Source: a virus (lineage: Duplodnaviria; Caudoviricetes). From it: 64,000 nucleotides of DNA. The position numbers and the translations under genes were made by a program. The DNA lies in the IMG/VR virus record IMGVR_UViG_3300025015_000027, positions 3,186-67,185 of that record. One strand, given 5' to 3'. The notes beneath the pieces were generated by a model. That model saw only the letters and a program-made list of their open reading frames with translations. It made no database searches and was not told the DNA's origin. Below are positions 57,327 to 64,000 of the stretch, piece after piece (position 1 is the first letter of the stretch; each line of letters starts with the position of its first letter).

Positions 57327-60300
57327 TTATCTGTACTGGGCCGGCAGTTTCCCAACTTTCCCACGCCGGCCCTTTTTTAGCCCTGGAATAACTCTTTCTT
57401 TTATATGTATTGCTTTCTTTATTTGATATTCTGCCGGTAATAAATTTAATACATCTTGTCCAATTCTGTTCTTTCCTCTGTTTGTTCCTTTTGTTATAAC
57501 TGGTTGATACTCTGGATATAACCATGGAAATGTCGCCATCCACATATCATTGATGGTTTGTGTTATGTCCCATATTGCAGACAAATGTGGTACTATGGCA
57601 GTACTCCCGCCCTTCCAATAGTCTCCTCCCAAATAAAACAACATATCATTTTTTAATCTGCTTAATTGTAATAAGAGATATTTAAGCCATGTTTTATTGT
57701 TATCATCGTCATCATCATCACTGGACATACTTTTTATCATGTTAATAGCCAATAACAGAGTTATCCACATAGTAATATCAAACATGGTTTCTTTTGCGCC
57801 CTGTTTATCCAATGTATCTGCTTTACCAAGCATGCTATTACCAAGACCACGCCATATTCCCTGTGTTTCTTTTCCCAATATGATAGATTTTCTTCTTTTG
57901 GCAAATCTATATCTCCATGTTCTGAAAGCCCATTTTTTAAATGTCATCAATACCCTTCCGGCTGCCTGTTTACTGCCCAATATAGTATATAAAGAACCAT
58001 ATGCACCATGAAGATTGGCTGCTGTATCGTTAATTTTCATTCCTATGCCATATTTCCTGCTTAAAAATTTTTCATATTCTTCCCCGGAGAAGTTATCACT
58101 ATCCCAAATTATTTTTCCATCTTTTAATTTTAATGCATCCCATATACTTCTTTTTTTACCATTTTTATTTATTGTTTTTTCACCAAATAAAACAGAAACC
58201 ATGGTATGAAATCGTATAAAATACTCGCTTCCTCTTTGTGCAAGCATTAATCCATCAGAAATAACTTTCCCCACACCACCGGAAATTACTTGTGTATCCA
58301 ACGGATTCATATCTATATTAAAATATTCTCCCAATTTTATTATCTTGCCTCCGGGAGTGTCTATTAATCCCTTTTTATTTACGAGATATGCTAAATTTGC
58401 AGGATCTACAACCAAATCCATCGTTAATCCAAGAGCTTTTAATGAATCGGTCAAGGAATATTCCCCTCCTCCTACTCCTTTTCGTATTGTTGACATCACA
58501 CCTATGCCAAGGTTAGCACCTGGAGCCAGAATATTTAATGCCATATATTTTAAAACCACATAACTGGTAAATATATCGGTTAATTTACCCGATTCTATCT
58601 TGCTTAAAATTCCCGTTCTTGCCAAAGGAGTATGTTCTTTTGTAGCGCCATACAACATTGAATCCACGAAATATTCCATTTGTTTAGCAAAATTTTCCCT
58701 ATTTGCAAATCCTTCCCATGTGCGTTTTAAAATATTTCCATCCGTATCTTTATAAAGAACATCCTGCTGTGTGGACGATTCCCATATCATCTTTTTTATA
58801 AGTTTCAATGGTTCTTCCGCAAGTTGCTTATAATGATATACAAGTGCAGATGCAGCAAAGATATCAAGAACCTTAAAAGGATCTGTTACGGTGTTTTGTT
58901 GAATGGATTTTCTCCATTCAACAAGTGCTTGCTCTTGCCCATATTTAGCAAGTTTTTTCCATAAAGAACTGTTTTTGTCCGGAAAAACATTTTTCATCAT
59001 ATATACCGGTATCCTTTTTTCCAGTTTTCCATCTTCGTCCAATAAAGTATTGTCGTTTATTGTTTCTGGGTTATATCTTATTGAATTTTTCATGGCATCA
59101 ATAAGATTTACCGGAAATGTTGCCAATATTTCCATTCCGCCACCTTCCAATATGGTTTCCATCAGACTTTTTCTCACCTCTGGCATATAATTATCGGAAA
59201 TACCCGTAACGGGTGGATACATTTTTTTATAAAAATTGAATTTTTCTATTAAAAAATCGTATGCTTTTTCTATTGGAGTGTTCTTATATGTGGTTTTTAT
59301 GATATTATATTGCTTGTTCTCCCATATATTGCTATTGGGAATTCTGGATATATATTTACTTTTTGCTTGTGTTATTGGTTGTATCATGGGATCGTTAAAC
59401 TCCTTCCACTCTTCAAACTCTTTTTTACCGTCATCATCTAAAAATACACTATTTTCATCTATGTATTCTTGTTTCATAAATTCCATATCTTCCAGAAATT
59501 TTTCGTTATTTATTGTGACAATGGTGTTTTCATTAAGCCATTTGTAATATTTTTTCCAGGCCAAAGAAGTGCCTGTTTCCCTGGCGTTGTCTATTCTTGT
59601 TTTTTTCTTTTTATAAAATTCGGGAGATATTTCCCCGGTATAGTTACCGGTATAATCATTATTATCATATTTTTCTAAAAATAAATCATCAATAAGTTGT
59701 CTATATGATATGCCGGTTTCGTTAAGATAATTCGTTAAATCGTCTATTATTTTTTTTGATGTTGTTATATGTTCTTCGTGTTTGCCTTTTGCTTCATCAA
59801 GCATCATGGAAAAGAAAAGAAAAACATATTGTCCTATAGGATTGGGAGATTGTGATATATCTATTGTTTGGGATTCCAACCATCCCACTGGTTGTAATTT
59901 TTTAAAAATATCTTCCGGTTGAATTTGTCCGCCCGTTATATGTTCTGAAATGAATTTTGCAGCTGTATTATTAAACATGAAAGAATGTAATTCGTGTGCT
60001 TTCCCGGCAATATATGTTTTTTTTTCGTCAATATATTTATCCCCGGTACGTGGAAAATCCTTAAATGTCATCCATGTAGCAATACCTTGACTTGCAGAAG
60101 TAAAAAAATCAAGTTTTTGTGATTGTGTCATCTCGTCATATTTTGATGGTTTATTATCGGTTTCAAAAAGTTGTTTTTCTATCCATAATAAATCCTTTTC
60201 TGCTAAATCCATCATCATAGACATATCCCTAGTGGCCACTATTCCAAGTTTCTCGGATATAATGTTTCCCTCACTGTCTGTTTCTCCATATAATCTATTT

Positions 60301-61247
60301 TTGTAAAAAGTTATTCTTTTATCTATGTCTGCAGTTGATTTTAATTGTCCCCGTCTTTTTTTTATGTCTTCTAATCGTTTGATGATATTTTCTGTTTTTT
60401 GTATAAAATCATCTATAATACTTACGTTTTTTGAAATAGCGGCATATTGTTCATTTTTATCTTTGAAAGATAATTTTTCTTCTATTTTTCCGGTGACGAT
60501 ACCGGCAACTCTGCCAAATATATTATCCATCTGCTTTTGTAATACCTGTGCATCTGCTGATTTAAAGAGCTGTTTTATACGTTTAATAATGGAATCCATG
60601 ATGTTTTTCAATTTTCCCGCTAGTGTCTTGTCATTTATTTCAGAAATAACTCCTTCCTTGATATATTTACCTAATATTTGTCCAGCTGCTTCTTTTTTGT
60701 TTTTTTGTTCATTATTATTATAAATTTTAGAATATTTGTCTTTTACAGTAAGATATTCTTTAGTTTGCGGTGTAATGAAAAGCATAGCTTTAACTAATGA
60801 ATGTTCATCTCCAAGCCCTTCCAATATAAAATGTCCGGTTTCTTCAGACAAAAGGTCTGCCGATAACTTATCCTGAGCATACAATATTGTTTTTGTAGAA
60901 ATAAATGAAATGGCATCTGCGGAGTAACCATTCATCATTAACCTATCTACTGTGGCAATATTAATTCCAATACTGCTTAAAAACGATTTTAAAGCGTTTA
61001 TAGCGCTTTTCTCGGTAGAATCAGCATCTTGCTCAGCTTTTGATAAAACAGAGGACTGGAGGAGATTGGGACGGTTAGGTGTCCATTTGTCAACGGTATT
61101 GTCAACAAAGTCATTGATAATATCGTCAACTATTGACATTTCTGGTATTTCTTCTCCGTTAGAGATAAATACCTTATAGGCATTAAGTTCTCCGATGCCG
61201 GAAACGAGTTTAAGCCATTCTTTACTGGTTTTTACTGGACAAGCCAT
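57327..61247 (-). CDS. Giant virion cargo/ejection protein with zincin-like domain
   Basis: 1306 aa, MACP...EW N-terminus typical of crAss cargo proteins, EETGH zincin variant, helical C-terminal region with GRVLMTFKKW and membrane-like helices. Confidence 0.65.
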   Translation of the reverse strand: MACPVKTSKEWLKLVSGIGELNAYKVFISNGEEIPEMSIVDDIINDFVDNTVDKWTPNRPNLLQSSVLSKAEQDADSTEKSAINALKSFLSSIGINIATVDRLMMNGYSADAISFISTKTILYAQDKLSADLLSEETGHFILEGLGDEHSLVKAMLFITPQTKEYLTVKDKYSKIYNNNEQKNKKEAAGQILGKYIKEGVISEINDKTLAGKLKNIMDSIIKRIKQLFKSADAQVLQKQMDNIFGRVAGIVTGKIEEKLSFKDKNEQYAAISKNVSIIDDFIQKTENIIKRLEDIKKRRGQLKSTADIDKRITFYKNRLYGETDSEGNIISEKLGIVATRDMSMMMDLAEKDLLWIEKQLFETDNKPSKYDEMTQSQKLDFFTSASQGIATWMTFKDFPRTGDKYIDEKKTYIAGKAHELHSFMFNNTAAKFISEHITGGQIQPEDIFKKLQPVGWLESQTIDISQSPNPIGQYVFLFFSMMLDEAKGKHEEHITTSKKIIDDLTNYLNETGISYRQLIDDLFLEKYDNNDYTGNYTGEISPEFYKKKKTRIDNARETGTSLAWKKYYKWLNENTIVTINNEKFLEDMEFMKQEYIDENSVFLDDDGKKEFEEWKEFNDPMIQPITQAKSKYISRIPNSNIWENKQYNIIKTTYKNTPIEKAYDFLIEKFNFYKKMYPPVTGISDNYMPEVRKSLMETILEGGGMEILATFPVNLIDAMKNSIRYNPETINDNTLLDEDGKLEKRIPVYMMKNVFPDKNSSLWKKLAKYGQEQALVEWRKSIQQNTVTDPFKVLDIFAASALVYHYKQLAEEPLKLIKKMIWESSTQQDVLYKDTDGNILKRTWEGFANRENFAKQMEYFVDSMLYGATKEHTPLARTGILSKIESGKLTDIFTSYVVLKYMALNILAPGANLGIGVMSTIRKGVGGGEYSLTDSLKALGLTMDLVVDPANLAYLVNKKGLIDTPGGKIIKLGEYFNIDMNPLDTQVISGGVGKVISDGLMLAQRGSEYFIRFHTMVSVLFGEKTINKNGKKRSIWDALKLKDGKIIWDSDNFSGEEYEKFLSRKYGIGMKINDTAANLHGAYGSLYTILGSKQAAGRVLMTFKKWAFRTWRYRFAKRRKSIILGKETQGIWRGLGNSMLGKADTLDKQGAKETMFDITMWITLLLAINMIKSMSSDDDDDDNNKTWLKYLLLQLSRLKNDMLFYLGGDYWKGGSTAIVPHLSAIWDITQTINDMWMATFPWLYPEYQPVITKGTNRGKNRIGQDVLNLLPAEYQIKKAIHIKERVIPGLKKGRRGKVGKLPAQYR

Positions 61248-61309
61248 TATAATGTTATTAAAGTTAATATTTTCTTAAAAAAAACATAACCCAAATTTTT
61301 ACGGTTCAT
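61247..61309 (-). CDS. 20-aa leader ORF coupled to the cargo gene
   Basis: MNRKNLGYVFFKKILTLITL; its TAA overlaps the cargo ATG (TAATG). Confidence 0.4.
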   Translation of the reverse strand: MNRKNLGYVFFKKILTLITL

Positions 61310-61392
61310 TGGTATTTAGCCCCGTATTTTGTGTTATTTTTGCGACTATGACCACCCTGGATACTACAACAACAGCTCCATTCTGAATTTTC

Positions 61393-61478
61393 ATACGGCA
61401 TTTAAGATATACTGTATTTGAACCGTCCGGATTTCCATTGGGGGTCACCGGTATGCCGTATTACGTGGTGGAAGCCAC
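61393..61478 (-). ncRNA. Putative C4/CI-like antisense RNA
   Basis: A 9-bp stem ATACGGCAT/ATGCCGTAT encloses the 20-nt perfect complement (61415-61434) of the leader sequence at 61630-61649. Confidence 0.5.
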
Positions 61479-61574
61479 AAACCGAATTTAATGTTACCCT
61501 TAAGATAGCACCGTGGGTCTCGCTTGTGCAAACCACTTGACATTATAATTAAGTTTTAGCGGTATCCCATGAAA

Positions 61575-61616
61575 TAAAAAACCCGCATCAACAGACCACG
61601 GACTGTCTTTGCGGGT
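61575..61616 (-). terminator. Leader terminator/attenuator hairpin
   Basis: Minus strand ACCCGCA-AAG-ACAG-TCCGTGGT-CTGT-TGA-TGCGGGT followed by TTTTTATTT. Confidence 0.65.
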
Positions 61617-61688
61617 AGTCCAGAGTTGTAAATCCGGACGGTTCAAATATTTTCCCGCTTGATGACCGTGGCTTCATAAAGCATACCG

Positions 61689-61696
61689 CAAAGATA
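61689..61696 (-). promoter_or_regulatory. Bacteroidota sigma-A -7 promoter element
   Basis: TATCTTTG at the head of the structured leader. Confidence 0.65.
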
Positions 61697-61745
61697 TAAC
61701 AAAAACTAATTTAAAATACACTTTAATCAAAATTTAATTTAAAAA

Positions 61746-64000
61746 TCATTCACATTCTTTACGTTTTTGTTCTGCTCTTTCATTTGATATTTGATTTATT
61801 GTATCAAACAAAGACATATCTGGCTTTTCCTGAAATTCTATGTCAGGGGTTAAAATATCTTTTATTACCCCCTGTGCATATTCCTGTAATGAAAATTTTC
61901 TAACATCTCTAATATTCATGCTACTTAACCCCATCACTTTTTTTATTTCCGACCATAAAGCGTTTAACCATTCTTTAAAAGAATTTTTTCTTGTAATAGA
62001 TAAAAATTTTGCACCTTCATCTTTAATGGCCTTAGATAATGCTTCTTCTTCTATATAAGCATTAAATTCCGTAGAGCCTTTTTCTCCATACTTTAATGCT
62101 TGTGCCACGTAAAACGAACTGTTTTCTACATCTTTAGTATATTGAGAGCCACGAACTTTTTCTATCCCAATATTGTATAATTTTTTATTATTAACTTTAG
62201 CCCAGTTTATCCATATATGTCCGGCTTCCTCAAAAATAGTATTTGCCGAAAATCGCTGCATATTAATGAATATTTCATTTTCATAAGAAAATCCCAATAT
62301 TTGTCCTTCCGTAGAATATAAAAATTTTATGTCTGGATTGGTAGAATTATTAACTTGTTTAAGTAAATCTTTTATGACGCGCCCTCTGTCATAATCATTA
62401 TTTTTTATTACAATATTTAATTCATCTAGTAAATAATTGACGTCCAGATTTTGTGTGTGTATCTTATTATTTCTTAAACTTTCTTTTATAATTTTGTCTA
62501 TTTCTGATTCCTTTTCTTCCTCAATTATCTCACCAGTTGGAGAAACAACGACACCACCTTCTTTTTCGTCGCCAATACCCTGGCGTGGACGTTTATCACT
62601 AAATGTTTCTTCAATCCATTTATTGATTTCTTCTATGTGTTTTCTCCCATCTTTGGTCGAAAGATAGTCTGCCACATCTTTCTGCTCTTTAATAATATCA
62701 TTTTTAACTAAACTGGTTATTTCCTTATGATCATGAATAAATGATATAGCATCAAATGCTAATTCCCTGTCGCTTCCTAGTCCAGGATTTGAAAGTTTAA
62801 TGTTTTTTACAAAGGTTTTGATATATGCTTTAATATATTCATCTTTGACTTTATAATTTATACCCGTAATCTCGTCCCCGACATCATTTATATTTATTTC
62901 TCGCCATTTTCCGTTTTCAATAATTTTATTCTTAAACAAATTTCCAATTTTATCATATATTTCAGATATTTTTTTAGTTTCATTTATTATAGAAGTATAA
63001 TATTGAGATGTGGGTATTCTTATTTTTTTAATATTGCTTCCCATGTGATGTTTTATAGCATCCAATATAAATATATATTCCCATCCTTTATAATAATTTT
63101 CTATTTTTGATTTTAAGGAAAACCATTCTTTTTTAACTATTTTTCCATATCTTGGCACAAAATTAAAATTTAACGGTAATTCTTCGGGAATTATATAACC
63201 TGAGAATATTAGATAATCCCTGAATGACATATTTTTACTCCTGGCTTCCAACAATAATCTCATAAGTTCTTCTTTTAAAAAGTCTTTTCCCTTTGTCATT
63301 AAATATAAAATTTGTTGTTGTTCTTCTCTTAGTAAAAATGTGTTTTGCATTAGGTCGCTTTGAATTTCCGTAATATACAAAATATTTCCATTTATCGTAC
63401 CGCCAATCCATCCAAGTGGATTATTAATGCCAATAGAATGATAATCAAATGCAGTTAATAATTGAGATGGGAATGTATTTGTATTATCCGATATATTAAT
63501 ATTCCATTTATCGCCCGGTGCATTAAGCGTCCAATAAGGAAGTTGGCCAATATTTGATTGTTCTTGATAATATTTATGTTCAAAAGAGTATTTTATCTTT
63601 TTATCTTTGAATGAAGAAGATTCATTTTTCGTAACAACAACACCCGATAAATCTTTTTTTATTAACCGTGTTATAAGCAATGCATCTAACCCTATGAATA
63701 TATCTTCCGGCAAAGAGGTGAGGGCATTGAGATAAACATATCCTTGGTTTTCAAACTTTGTACTGGCCGGCAAAGAGGTGAGGGCATCGAGATGAACATA
63801 TCCTTGGTTTTCAAACCTTATACCTTCCGGCAAAGAGGTGAGGGCATCGAGAGAAACATATCCTCGGTTTTTAAACTTTATACCTTCCGGCAAAGAGGTG
63901 AGGGCATCGAGAGAAACACCTCCTTGGTTTTCAAACTTTATACCTTCCGGCAAAGAGGTGAGGGCATCGAGAGAAACACCTCCTTTGTTTTCAAACTTTA
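61746..64000 (-). CDS. C-terminal part of a large polyvalent virion protein (starts beyond the window)
   Basis: Frame open to base 64000. 20-aa LRR-like repeats, then a GW...LYITEIQSDLMQ domain, then a zincin-like GF...IFINM..FSANTIFEEAGHIW. Confidence 0.7.
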   Translation of the reverse strand, partial: KFENKGGVSLDALTSLPEGIKFENQGGVSLDALTSLPEGIKFKNRGYVSLDALTSLPEGIRFENQGYVHLDALTSLPASTKFENQGYVYLNALTSLPEDIFIGLDALLITRLIKKDLSGVVVTKNESSSFKDKKIKYSFEHKYYQEQSNIGQLPYWTLNAPGDKWNINISDNTNTFPSQLLTAFDYHSIGINNPLGWIGGTINGNILYITEIQSDLMQNTFLLREEQQQILYLMTKGKDFLKEELMRLLLEARSKNMSFRDYLIFSGYIIPEELPLNFNFVPRYGKIVKKEWFSLKSKIENYYKGWEYIFILDAIKHHMGSNIKKIRIPTSQYYTSIINETKKISEIYDKIGNLFKNKIIENGKWREININDVGDEITGINYKVKDEYIKAYIKTFVKNIKLSNPGLGSDRELAFDAISFIHDHKEITSLVKNDIIKEQKDVADYLSTKDGRKHIEEINKWIEETFSDKRPRQGIGDEKEGGVVVSPTGEIIEEEKESEIDKIIKESLRNNKIHTQNLDVNYLLDELNIVIKNNDYDRGRVIKDLLKQVNNSTNPDIKFLYSTEGQILGFSYENEIFINMQRFSANTIFEEAGHIWINWAKVNNKKLYNIGIEKVRGSQYTKDVENSSFYVAQALKYGEKGSTEFNAYIEEEALSKAIKDEGAKFLSITRKNSFKEWLNALWSEIKKVMGLSSMNIRDVRKFSLQEYAQGVIKDILTPDIEFQEKPDMSLFDTINQISNERAEQKRKECE
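63705..64000 (-). repeat. 60-bp coding tandem repeat (about 5 copies visible)
   Basis: Unit CAAAGAGGTGAGGGCATCGAGA...TCC...TTTTCAAAC...TACCTTCCGG encodes LPEGIKFENQGxVxLDALTS. Confidence 0.92.

Noticed and set aside
63705-64000. Possible CRISPR array (constant part of about 25 bp plus variable part)
   Set aside because: The would-be spacers are near-identical and the whole unit is an in-frame 20-aa coding repeat.
1-64000. Stop-codon reassignment (TAG or TGA), known in some Crassvirales
   Set aside because: Long genes are intact in code 11, the MCP and the 123-aa gene end at TAG at plausible positions, TGA stops are also used, and the tRNA-Gln anticodon is CTG rather than CTA.
57327-64000. 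Virion RNA polymerase catalytic subunit
   Set aside because: No DxDGD-type catalytic motif in either visible protein. The RNAP gene may lie outside the window.

Overview
This window is a segment of a Crassvirales (crAss-like) phage genome in standard genetic code. The host is probably Bacteroidota, judged from TAnnTTTG promoters and an SSB ending in DLPF. It has three blocks. (1) 1-25.5 kb, minus strand, late genes: SSB, RepL/HU-like and HNH genes, two DNA methyltransferases, terminase, portal, scaffold, major capsid, ring/hub proteins, a holin candidate and four tail-fibre-like genes. (2) 26.2-57.3 kb, plus strand, early/middle genes: tRNA-Gln, accessory genes, a NARP1-like NAD+ reconstitution operon, a phiEco32-like amidoligase/ATP-grasp/GATase operon, DnaB helicase, primase, RusA-like resolvase, PD-(D/E)xK nuclease, Mgm101/Rad52 annealase and RNA ligase. 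(3) 57.3-64 kb, minus strand: giant virion cargo (polyvalent) proteins. The most notable observations are: (a) an array of integron attC-like imperfect palindromes and remnants at about 29.95-36.7 kb that separate the accessory genes, including the NARP1-like operon, with no integrase in the window; (b) a C4/CI-like antisense-RNA and attenuator cassette at 61.25-61.70 kb upstream of a 1306-aa cargo gene; (c) a HAD gene tightly embedded in the NARP1-like operon. All family assignments come from motif recognition by eye; no database searches were run.
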